Of a stretch of DNA of 64,000 nt, positions 43,481-53,443 are shown piece after piece. The notes beneath the pieces are model-generated. The model saw only the letters and a list, made by a program, of their open reading frames with translations. It was not told the DNA's origin and did no database searches. The position numbers were made by a program, and so were the translations under genes. The stretch is from an uncultured Planctomycetaceae bacterium. GTDB taxonomy: Bacteria > Planctomycetota > Planctomycetia > Planctomycetales > Planctomycetaceae. The stretch is from assembly GCA_963815195.1 (NCBI GenBank), contig CAWFGE010000024.1:1-64000 (forward strand), given 5' to 3'. Within the stretch, counting starts at the first letter, position 1, and every line of letters begins with the position of its first letter.

Positions 43481-46189
43481 TTACAGCGTGGCCCGTTCCA
43501 CATCCAGAGACACGAGTTCTATCAGTTCTTCGTTGGAAAGTTCTGTCAGCAGTTTTTCGCCGCCCTCTTCGAGGAGTTCCTTGGTGAGTTGGAGCTTCTC
43601 GGTGATCATCTCGTCGATGCGTTCTTCGATGGTGCCTTGGCAGACGAACTTGTGCACCAGCACGTTTTTCTTTTGTCCGATGCGGAAGGCCCGGTCGGTG
43701 GCTTGATTTTCAATGGCCGGGTTCCACCAGCGATCGAAATGCACCACATGGGAAGCCGCCGTGAGGTTCAGCCCCGTGCCCCCGGCTTTGAGGGACAAAA
43801 TGAAAAACGGCGGGCCGTCCTCGGCTTGGAAGGACTCGACCAACTGTTTGCGTTTTTTGACCGCCGTTCCGCCGTGGAGGATCAAGCCGGGCCGCGCGAA
43901 GACATCGGCCAAGAAGACCGCGAGGGGGTCGGCCATTTCGCGGAACTGCGTGAAGATCAACATCTTTTCCTGGCGGGAGGCGACCTCTTCCCCGATCTCG
44001 GCGAGCCGGGCGAACTTGCCGCTGTCCGCCGCCGCGAATTTCCCATCCCCCAGCAATTGGCTGGGGTGGTTACAGACCTGTTTGAACCGCATCAAATAGG
44101 CCAAGACCAAACCCCGCCGCCCGATGCCGTCTTTTTTCTTTAAGCTGTCCTTCAATTCCGCGACCAGTTTGGCATAAAGCGCGGCTTGCGATTTGGTCAG
44201 GCCGCAGTAGGCTTTGATCTCGGTTTTTTCCGGCAGGTCGGCGATGATGTGTTTGTCGGTCTTCAACCGCCTTAAAATGTAAGGCTGCACCAACCGCCTT
44301 AAGGGAGCGTAGCGGTCGTGTTGGCGGTCGTTTAAGGATTTGACAAACTGCTTGAACCGCGCGGGATCCTAAAAGCCCGGGACAGAGAAAATCGAACAGC
44401 GACCACAAATCGGCCAAACGGTTTTCCACCGGCGTTCCCGTGAGTGCGATCCGGGCGCTTGCGGAGAGCTTTTTCACCGATTGCGTCTGCCGGGTCGAAG
44501 GGTTTTTGATGGCTTGGGCCTCATCGAGAATCACAAACCGCCACGCGATGTCTTTGAGCCACTTCTGCCGCAACAGCATCCCGTAAGTCGTGATGACGAG
44601 ATCCGTTTTTTGAAAGGCGGTCTCCGGATCGGCTTCCCATTGTTTCTGCTCGTCTTTGGGCGTTTGCGAGGGATGCAAAAACCTGGCTTCGAGCGAGGGG
44701 GCAAACCGCTCGATTTCGGATTTCCAATTCGCCAACAGCGACGCGGGCAACACCAACAGCGACGGCTTCGCGGATTTCTGCGATTGCGTCTGTTGGGACA
44801 AGAGCATCGCGATGACCTGAACCGTTTTCCCGAGGCCCATGTCGTCGGCCAGGCACGCCCCGAGCCCGAGGCCGGTCAGAAACGAAAGCCAATTCACGCC
44901 CACGTCTTGATAGGGCCTGAGGTCCGCTTTGAGGGTGTTCCCCGGAGCGGTTCGTTTAAGGCTCTGGGGATCGCGCAAATCGGCGAGAATCTCTTCCAGC
45001 CATTTCCCGGCCTGGATGAAGGACCATTCCCGCTCGGTGTCGGCACCGTCTTCGCTCGACAGGTCGGCAGGGGCGCCGGCCAAGAGCCGCATGCCTTCCA
45101 CGAACGAAATCCCGCCGGCGCTTTGGCCTTCCACCTGCTTCCAATGTTCCAAAGCCTGGCTGAGTTGCTCGCGATCGACTTCCACCCACTGGCCTTTGAG
45201 CAACACCAATCCGTTACCGGCGGCGAGAAGTTCCTCGAGTTCCGCTTCGGTCAATTCCTCGCTGCCCAAGGCGAGTTGCACGCGGAAATCGAGCATCGCA
45301 TTGAAGTCCAAGGACTTTCGGCGCTCATCGCCGATCGTGATGCCCACCCGCGGGCGGGGCGCTTCTTCCACCAATCCGGCAGGCGAACCAGGATGCCGCT
45401 GTCTTCGAAGATCGGCACCTCCTTCAGGAAGCGATACGCCTCGGCCGGCGTCCAGGCGAGCGGGTGGTAAATCGCGTGGGTCTCGACCAACTCCTTGACC
45501 AGTTCGCTTTGCTTGGAAGCCCGGTGCACCGGAGAGAGGAGCCGCACGAGCCCCGGCTTGTTTTTCGCCCCGGCGTAATCCGTCAAAGCCTGACTGAGCG
45601 GTTGATACTGCACTTTCCCGCTTTGACCCAACTGCGGGGCATAGGTGGCTAGGAAGGCAAAGGGGTGATCGGGGTCGCGCTTGTTCTCGGCCAGATGAAA
45701 ACACACCCGCCCCACCTGATGCCAACGCGGAGCCTTGGCCTTCAGAAACTCGGCGAGCGAACCCGACCGGCTGACCTCTTGATGCACCCACGCCTCGAGT
45801 TCCTGCCAAAGCGATTCCAAAACGTGCGGCGTGATATATTCCGCCCCGCGCATCGGCGGGGCTTCCAAGGCCCAGGTCGCGAGTTCCCCGGCAGCCGGTG
45901 GCGACACGGGCGCCATAAGGCCTGGGGGTTCTTCGGGAGTTTGGCAGAGCTTCGTCACGAACAGGGCGGCAAAGTCCCGCCAATAGCGAAACCCCGGCAG
46001 CGCGAAGCCGCTTCCCTCCAGACGCGTCAACGCGAGCAAACCCTCCGCCGAGCTTTTCTCAAAGGCTTTCGCGAGTCCCTTCTCCTGGCGATCGGACAGT
46101 CCTCCCGGCCCGTTCGCAGCGAACTCGCCCTCATCGTGTGAGGCCAGAGCAATCGACAAATGCCCGGCCGGGGTTAAAACCAATTCCAT
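43481..46189 (-). CDS. SNF2-family helicase/ATPase
   Basis: LRPYQ, LADDMGLGKT, LDEAQAIKN, LTGTPVEN, LSLKAGGTGLNL, DRWWNPAIENQATDRAFRIGQ. Spread over three ORFs by indels near 45360 and 44360; start MELVLTP at 46189. Confidence 0.92.
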
Positions 46190-46631
46190 TTCGTTTGAAC
46201 TCCCACATCCTGATAACTGGAATTTCCACCGCCAAAGTATCGCGAACGGGCCAGCCAGTTCAACACACAGCCCGGCTTTCGCCTGTGAGCCCCCCGATCC
46301 GGATGCAAAGTGATCGACTCTGATTCCCCTTGGATGCCAATGCATCAGCAGAATCCGCCGGCAATCCCTCGTAATTCAGATAATCGGAGCGGTCTCCCGT
46401 TCGCGGCGGCACGCGATCTGTGAACATGTCGCGGCCGGCGGCACTGAGAAAGCCCCCGAAGCCGATCCAAAGGACGCCGACCTGTGGACGGCCCGGGCGA
46501 GGTTGGAGGCCGATGTTCCCTTTTCCAAAGATCGCACCGCGCCCGCCAGATCACCGGGCGGCGAATCTCCGCAAAATGAGAGGAGCGCAAGGGGGGCCTC
46601 GGCCGCTTTCTCATCCAACCGGAATTGACTA

Positions 46632-46660
46632 TTGGCTCTGGCCGATGGGCATGTTAGCAT
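46632..46660 (+). promoter_or_regulatory. Possible sigma70 promoter of the ECF gene
   Basis: TTGGCT-N17-TAGCAT with extended TGn. Confidence 0.3.
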
Positions 46661-46674
46661 GGTGTACCCTTCTT

Positions 46675-46760
46675 AAGGTCCGCTCGGTTGACATCCTTTC
46701 ATTTCGGGTTCTGTGATTGTGAGTCTTCTTTCGACGTCGGCGAGTTTATTGCAGCGGGTC
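46675..46760 (+). repeat. Diverged direct repeat copy 2 (5' UTR and start of the intact ECF gene)
   Basis: Matches 41862-41948; core CATCCTTTCwTTTCGGGTTCTGTGA. Confidence 0.85.
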
Positions 46761-47303
46761 GAGCAGTTGGATCCCGCCGCCTGGGAACGGCTGAGTTCCC
46801 TTTACGGGCCGATCGTGTATGGCTGGTGCCGGCGGGCGGACTTGCAGGAAAACGACGCGGCGGATTGCACGCAGGAAGTGTTTCGTTCGGTCTTTCAACA
46901 CTTCAGCGAGTTTCATGGGAAATCGAAGGGCGGCAGCTTTCGGGGGTGGGTGTGGACCATCACGCTCAATCAAATTCGGCTGCACTTTCGCCAGGCCCGA
47001 AACCGGGCCCATCCCTTGGGGGGAACTGCCGCCCGGCAGATGCTGGCTCAACTGCCCGAACCCAATCTCCCCCGCGAAGAACCCGATGCGGACGCCAGCC
47101 AGCGGCGGGTGATCTGGCGAACTTTGGAATGGGTGCGGGGCGATTTTTCGGAAACGACCTGGGCGATTTTTGAGCGGACGACGCTCGAACACCAGACGTA
47201 CCAAGAAGTTGCGGAAGAACTCGGCATGACGGACAATGCCGTGCGGCAGGCGAGATTCCGCGTGCTCCGCCGGCTCCGCGAGGAACTGGAAGGCCTGCTT
47301 TGA
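46713..47303 (+). CDS. ECF sigma-70 factor, kinase-associated planctomycete type
   Basis: STSASLL, AWERLSSLYGP, DAADCTQEVF, SFRGWV, EVAEELGMTDNAVRQARFRV; directly upstream of a Ser/Thr kinase gene. Confidence 0.93.
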   Translation: MIVSLLSTSASLLQRVEQLDPAAWERLSSLYGPIVYGWCRRADLQENDAADCTQEVFRSVFQHFSEFHGKSKGGSFRGWVWTITLNQIRLHFRQARNRAHPLGGTAARQMLAQLPEPNLPREEPDADASQRRVIWRTLEWVRGDFSETTWAIFERTTLEHQTYQEVAEELGMTDNAVRQARFRVLRRLREELEGLL

Positions 47304-47413
47304 GCCAATCCCAAAAAATCGCGTAACACCCGCGCATCTTAATTACTGGAAGCGCAAAACTTCCGCGTGAACCGGAACATCGCCCCGTTAGCCGCCAGCG
47401 AAAGAGCACTCGC

Positions 47414-49756
47414 ATGATTGAGCCAACCGCCCCGGACCAAGATCGCCTCGAGCAGCAACTCATCGCACTGGAGCGAAATCCCCAAGCCCCCCACGATACG
47501 ACGGTCTGCAATCTGCATCAGGAGCTCGAAACCTTGGCGGACGATTTGAGACAACCGGTGCCTGTGGATCCCCACGAGGCGGAATCGGCCTGCCAACGCG
47601 CGGTCGAACAAATTCAAACGTTGGCGACGGGCCATGCCGTCAAACCATCCCGCCCGGCGGGCGAGGAGGACTCCGAGCTGAAACCCGAAACGGAGATCGG
47701 CCAGTACAAAATCCTGGCGAAGCTGGGCCAAGGCGGGATGGGCGCGGTTTACAAGGCGCTCCACACGAAATTGGACAAAATCGTGGCCCTCAAAGTGCTC
47801 CCGGAAGATCGGCTGGAAAAGCCCGACGCCGTGGCCCGGTTCGGCCGGGAAATGAAAGCCGTCGGCAAAATCGAACACCCGCATCTCGTGCGGGCCTTGG
47901 ATGCCGGCGAATCCGAAGGTTGCCATTATCTCGTGATGGAATACGTGGACGGCGTCGATTTGTCGCGGCTCTTGAAGCAACATGACAAACTCCCGGTGGC
48001 CACGGCGTGCGAGTTGGTTCGCCAGGCGGCCTTGGGTTTGCAGGCGGCCCATCAAAGCGGGATGGTTCACCGCGACATCAAGCCGGCCAACTTGATGCTG
48101 GCCCGCCAGGAATTCGGGCCGCCGACGGTCAAAGTGCTCGACCTTGGATTGGCGCGGCTCGCCGATGAATCCGGGCAGTTGGAAACCGAACTCACCACCG
48201 ACAACCAGATCATGGGCACCTTGGATTTCATGGCCCCCGAACAAGCCGGCAACAGCCGGGGCGTGGATACGCGCGTGGATATTTACAGCCTGGGGGCGAC
48301 GCTGTTTATGCTGCTCACCGGCCGGCCGCCCTACGCCGGCCCCGAGCATCAGACCATCATTCAAAAGCTAAACGCCCTCGCCAGCGAACCCTTGCCGAGC
48401 ATCAAAGACCTGCGGCCCGATGTCCCGCCGGGCTTGGTCACCGTGCTTCAAAAAATGCTCGCCAAAGATCGAGACGAACGCTACGCCGAACCGATGGACG
48501 TGGCCAAGGCTTTGAAGCCCTTCGCCAACGAGTCGGGTCTGGCCGCGCTCTTGGACGAAGCCGACACCCTCACCAGCACGCCGAGCATGATCCGCAGCAC
48601 GTCCACCTGGGCCGCCCCATCGACGGCGGCGACGGTCGGTTTGACCAAACCCTCGCGCCGATGCGCCTTCATCGCGGCGGCCTTGCTGCTGGCATTGGCT
48701 CCGCTGGTGTATTTGTACGCCGGCACGATCATCCGCTTCGCCACCAATCAAGGCGAACTGGTCATCGAAATCGATGATCCGAACATCGAGGTCAAGGTCC
48801 TGCAAAACGGAGCCATTGTCCAAGACAAAACCAAAGACCGCGAGTTCACGCTGACCGCCGGGAAGGGCGAAATCGAAGTCCTGGAAAAAGATGGCATCAA
48901 GCTGACGACGAAGGAATTCCAACTCACCCGCGGCAAGAAAACGATCCTCAAAGTCACCCTAAAAGAACTCGCGGATGCACGAACGAAACCAATTCCAGTC
49001 AAACCACGGCCGAGTAATTCCAACCCCGGCTTGCATCCTAGGAACTTTGCTCTTGAGTTTGACGGCATGGCGGATTTCGTCGAGATTCCTTCGATCCAAT
49101 ATCAGGGGTCGAACGCCATCACAATTGAATCTCTCGTTCACTTAAAATCCTATGCACATGGCACCATCGTTCGTGGAATGGGCAATGAGGGAAGCCCATC
49201 TCTATGGGTTAAGCCCGATGGAACCGTCAATGGGCATCTGCACACCCGTCAAAATACGGTCGCCGAGACGTCCGAAATCCCTTTGTCAAAAACGGTTCAT
49301 GTGGCCTGTGTCTGGGATGGGCAGAAAGTCAGAATTTTTTTGAACGGCAAGAATTCTGGTTGCGCTGCCGAACGCAAAGCCTTAGCGTGGGAAGACGCTG
49401 GCTTTTTCATTGGTGGGCTGAAGGACGCGTATTTCTTGCACGGCACTCTCGACGAAGTCCGCATTTCCAACATGGCCCGCTACACCAAAGACTTCACGCC
49501 CGCCAAACGCCACGAAACCGACGAACACACCCTCGCCCTCTACCACTTCGACGAAGGCTCTGGCGATGTGCTGAAAGATTCCTCGGGCAACGGGCATCAC
49601 GGGAAAATCGTGGGTGCGACTTGGGTCAAGGAGAATGGGACGAACCAGTATGCACCCGTGGAGCCCGAGGCGAATTATGCCCTCTCGTTCGATGGCCAGG
49701 ACGACTATGTGAAAACGCCCGTCACGCATGATGGGAAGTCGCCCGATTACCATTGA
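47414..49756 (+). CDS. Hanks-type Ser/Thr receptor kinase, part 1: kinase, TM helix, LamG
   Basis: LGQGGMGAVY, VALK, HRDIKPAN, DLGLA, GTLDFMAPE, DIYSLG; TM FIAAALLLALAPLVYLYAG (~48665-48725); LamG HVACVWDG...LDEVRIS. Confidence 0.95.
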   Translation: MIEPTAPDQDRLEQQLIALERNPQAPHDTTVCNLHQELETLADDLRQPVPVDPHEAESACQRAVEQIQTLATGHAVKPSRPAGEEDSELKPETEIGQYKILAKLGQGGMGAVYKALHTKLDKIVALKVLPEDRLEKPDAVARFGREMKAVGKIEHPHLVRALDAGESEGCHYLVMEYVDGVDLSRLLKQHDKLPVATACELVRQAALGLQAAHQSGMVHRDIKPANLMLARQEFGPPTVKVLDLGLARLADESGQLETELTTDNQIMGTLDFMAPEQAGNSRGVDTRVDIYSLGATLFMLLTGRPPYAGPEHQTIIQKLNALASEPLPSIKDLRPDVPPGLVTVLQKMLAKDRDERYAEPMDVAKALKPFANESGLAALLDEADTLTSTPSMIRSTSTWAAPSTAATVGLTKPSRRCAFIAAALLLALAPLVYLYAGTIIRFATNQGELVIEIDDPNIEVKVLQNGAIVQDKTKDREFTLTAGKGEIEVLEKDGIKLTTKEFQLTRGKKTILKVTLKELADARTKPIPVKPRPSNSNPGLHPRNFALEFDGMADFVEIPSIQYQGSNAITIESLVHLKSYAHGTIVRGMGNEGSPSLWVKPDGTVNGHLHTRQNTVAETSEIPLSKTVHVACVWDGQKVRIFLNGKNSGCAAERKALAWEDAGFFIGGLKDAYFLHGTLDEVRISNMARYTKDFTPAKRHETDEHTLALYHFDEGSGDVLKDSSGNGHHGKIVGATWVKENGTNQYAPVEPEANYALSFDGQDDYVKTPVTHDGKSPDYH

Positions 49757-51929
49757 AGCCTATCTCACGCCGTCCCGAGTCGGAACGCGGCCTCATATCG
49801 CGATGACCAATACGAGTCTTACGATTCTTCATCATCCCCATCCCTGGCCGCCGGAAAATAATCGCCCTGTCTGGGCGCGAGCGGGCAGGCGGGCGACAAG
49901 TCAGGAACCCTTGGAGCATCCAGTGGCCAGACTGCCGAACTCAATCGCCAGGTGCATGTTGCGTCCGTCTGGGACGGGACGGCCTTGTCCTTCTTTCTGA
50001 ACGGCAAACGGCACGAGTTCAAGACCGATGGCCGGCGGCAATTCGCTCGTGAACTGCCGGGCGGCCTCCAGGGCTCAAACTTCCCGTTCTTCGTCGGCGC
50101 CGACCCAGGCGGCTACGTGAAATGGAAAGACATTAACCGCCTTTTCGCCGGCCAAATCGACGAAGTCCGCATCTCCAACATCGCCCGGTACACCAACGAC
50201 TTCAAACCTGCCGCGCGCTTTGAACCCGACGAGCACACCCTGGCTCTCTACCACTTCGACGAAGGCGCTGGCGATGTGCTGAAAGATTCCTCGGGCAACG
50301 GGCATCACGGCAAGATCGTGGGGGCGACGTGGGTGAAAGGTGCTGATTTGGGGCCGGCCATTCCCACCTGGCAACCCACGCCCGAGCAGCAAGCCTTTTT
50401 GGATCAGGTGGCCAAGCTCCCAGCGGAAAAGCAACTCGAAGCGGTCGGCCAAAAGCTCAAGGACGCGAACCCGGGGTTTGATGGAACGCTCTGGCACAAA
50501 CTCGCGGACGGTCAAATCATCTTGCTCAGCCTCAGCACGGACCACATCACAGAACTCTGGCCGGTGCGGGCGCTCCCCCATCTGCAATCGTTGGAGATCA
50601 ACGGATCTGGTGGACCTAACGGAACGGAACGAAACGGCATGCTTACGGATCTCTCTCCGCTGGCCGGCATGCCGTTAACGGCGCATCCACCTGTCCCATA
50701 ACCCCGGATTGATTGATCTGTCTCCGCTCGAAGGCATGCCCCTGCGGGAGTTTAACGCGAGCTATAACCATAGCCTTTCGAATATCTCCGCTTTGCACGG
50801 CATGCCCCTGGAGCGGATTTACTTAATCAAATGCCTTAAGCTTGATGGAAACGATCTAATGGTCGTACGAGAGCTAAGCGATCTTAACATGGTTTGGCTC
50901 TCAGCCACGCCTGTGAGAGATGTGGGATTATTGCACCTCCAGAATCTCAGCAAACTGACTGAGCTTCAACTGTATGCGGCGGGCATCACCGATGAGGGCA
51001 TGAAGCACTTAAAAGGCCTCACCAAGCTGTCGATTCTCAATCTCGATGGCAACCGAATTACCAATTCGGGTTTGGAGCGCCTGCGGGGACTCACCAATCT
51101 GACCGTTCTTAGATTGTTCGGCACGGGCATCACCGATGAGGGATTGGGCGCTCAAACGATCTCGCCAATCTGATGGTTCTCAATCTCGACGGCCAAGCTG
51201 GCATCACCGATGAGGGGTTGGGATCCTTAAAAGGCCTCGTCAAGCTCAACAACCTTTATTTGAGAGGCACATCGATCACTGAACGAGGAGTCCAGGATCT
51301 CCACAAAGCGTTGCCCCAATGCAAGATCGAATGGGACCGCGGCACGGTGGGGCCCGATGTGGCAAGTTGGACTGCCTCTGCCGAGCAGCAAGCATTCTTG
51401 GATCAAGTCGCCAAATTGCCCGCCGAGAAGCAACTTGAAGCGGTTCGGCAGAAATTGCAAGAAGTGAACCCGGGGTTTGACGGCGAACTCCAGCACAAGA
51501 TCGGTGACGGTCAAGTGATTCAACTTCGCTTGATCACGGACCACGTCACGGAACTCTGGCCCATCCGCGCCTGTCACAACTCGAGACTTTGCAAGCGCAA
51601 GGCAGTTCGAGTCCTGGTGGGACGGGGCGAAATGGAAAACTCTCGGACCTCTCCCCGCTGGCGGGAATGCGGTTAACGAAGCTGATTTGCTCACACAACC
51701 CCGACTTGAAAGACATTTCCCCGCTCAGGGGAATGCCCTTGGTTGACCTCAATCTTGGGTATTCCAAAAACATTAGCGGACTCAGTCCCCTTTCCGGGAT
51801 GCCGCTCAAAACTCTGTTCTTGGGCAACGACCATAAGGTCGGAGATGAGGGTGTTCAGCAGTTGGAAAACTTGCGCCAGTTGACCTATCTCAATCTCACG
51901 AATACTCAACTGAAAGACGATGGGCTAAA
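49728..51929 (+). CDS. Receptor kinase, part 2: second LamG and LRR modules (frameshifted pieces)
   Basis: ORFs 49728, 49952, 50709, 51173 and 51589 give LamG, DLSPLxGMPL-type LRRs and ITDEGL-type LRRs; ends at the IS insertion. Confidence 0.8.
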
Positions 51930-53425
51930 TTCGAGTTTCGCACATTTTGGAGTGAAGATTTGTCTCGATAAAAGGCGGCCTGCCGTGCAGAATCTAGGAA
52001 AGGAAAACGCCTGGATTCTGAAACTCACGGAGGCCGCACATGGAAGGTATCATAACGTTTATGGTTTTGCTCGATGTTTTTCAACCGGTTTTCACTCAGC
52101 CGAGTTTCGCCACGTTTCGTTTGTTGATGACGGGCTGGATTCTCTCGCATCGGCATCGCTACGTCACCGATTTGATTCTCTCCAGCGACTCGGTCGGCAA
52201 CGGCCACTTTTCCGATTACCACCGCTTCTTCAGCCACGCGAGTTGGAGCATCGATCAGCTTTGGCGATTGCTGGCGGGACTGTTGATCAAAGGCTTGATC
52301 GGCTCCGACGCCGTGATTTTGCTGGCGGGCGACGACACGCTCTGCCGCAAGCGCGGACTGGGTTTGTTCGGCGTGGGCATGCATCACGATCCGCTGATTT
52401 CCTCGAAGGCCAAGAAGCTGGTGAGTTGGGGCCACGATTGGGTGACACTGTGTCTGGTGCATCGTGAACCCCTGGTGGGCGCCCACCAAAGTGTTCGCGT
52501 TGCCGATCTGCATGCGGTTGTATCGCAATCGGCAAGGGCTGACGAAGGGGAAGAAGAAAAAGCTCACGAAGCCCAAAGCGAAAAACCCGAAGCACCGCAC
52601 GCGACCGGAACTGATGCGCGAAATGCTGAAACTTGTGGCGGGCTGGTTTCCCGAGCGGCAGTTCTTGTTCGTGGGTGACAGTCTTTACACTGGCGAGAGC
52701 GTGCTGCGTTACCTGCCCGAGAACACGCATATGATTGGTCAGGTGCATCCCCAAGGCGCGATGTACGAACCCGCGCCGGAGAAAAAGCCCGGTCGCGGCG
52801 CGCGCGCAAAAAAGGCGCGCGGCTCTCCACGAAAGAGGAGTGGGCCAACGACGGTTCCGCCTGGACCCGGTTGACGTTCAACCAGTACGGACTGCACACG
52901 ACACTCGAGGTCAAGACCCGCCAGGGGTTGTACTACAAAGCCGGCAAGGACCGCTTGCTCACGTTCGTATTGACACGCGACACCCAAGGCAAGCGCCCGA
53001 TGCAAATTTTCTACTGCACCGATTTGACGAGGGACGCGCGCAGCATCCTGTCCGCCTATGCTTGTCGGTGGTCGATCGAAGTCACGCATCATGACGCCAA
53101 ACAGTATTTGGGTTTGGAAGACCCGGCCAACCGCCTGCCTCCGGCGGTGGAACGCACGGCCCCGATGGCCATGTTCTTATATAGCTTGACCGTCTTGTGG
53201 TATGCCGAGCACGGCCACGCGCACGTGCGGTTTCCGAACCGTCCTTGGTACACGCGCAAGCGCGAGCCGAGTTTTGCAGATATGCTGACCACACTCCGCC
53301 GCTTAACCTGGGAAGAGAAATTATCGACAGTGCCGCCAGGCAGCAGTCTCCAAAATAAAAACATAAACCTGCTAACGTACCTGGCCACCCTCACCGGGTA
53401 ACGCCGGAAATGTGCGAAACTCGAA
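51930..53425 (+). mobile_element. IS701-like (DDE) insertion sequence, 1,496 bp
   Basis: Perfect 18-bp terminal IR TTCGAGTTTCGCACATTT (51930-51947 / 53408-53425); 5-bp TSD CTAAA (51925-51929 / 53426-53430). Confidence 0.93.
52040..53401 (+). CDS. IS701-like DDE transposase (split by two indels)
   Basis: YHRFFSHASW, LAGDDTL, WGHDWV, VGDSLY, YACRWSIEVTHHDAKQYLG, PWY..K.EPSFADML; ORFs 52040, 52464 and 52871. Confidence 0.88.
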
Positions 53426-53443
53426 CTAAAATCCGTCGTCAAA

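Noticed and set aside
46440..46540. TPR-like peptide EKAPEADPKDADLWTARARLE in the SNF2-ECF spacer
   Set aside because: Too short, with no start or context; may be chance.
46688..46717. Perfect TTGACA just upstream of the ECF start
   Set aside because: No good -10 at 16-18 nt, and the implied TSS would fall inside the coding region.
49451..50340. Near-identical repeat pair as a possible DGR template/variable repeat
   Set aside because: Mismatches are mostly synonymous and not adenine-specific; both copies are coding; no reverse transcriptase is in the window.
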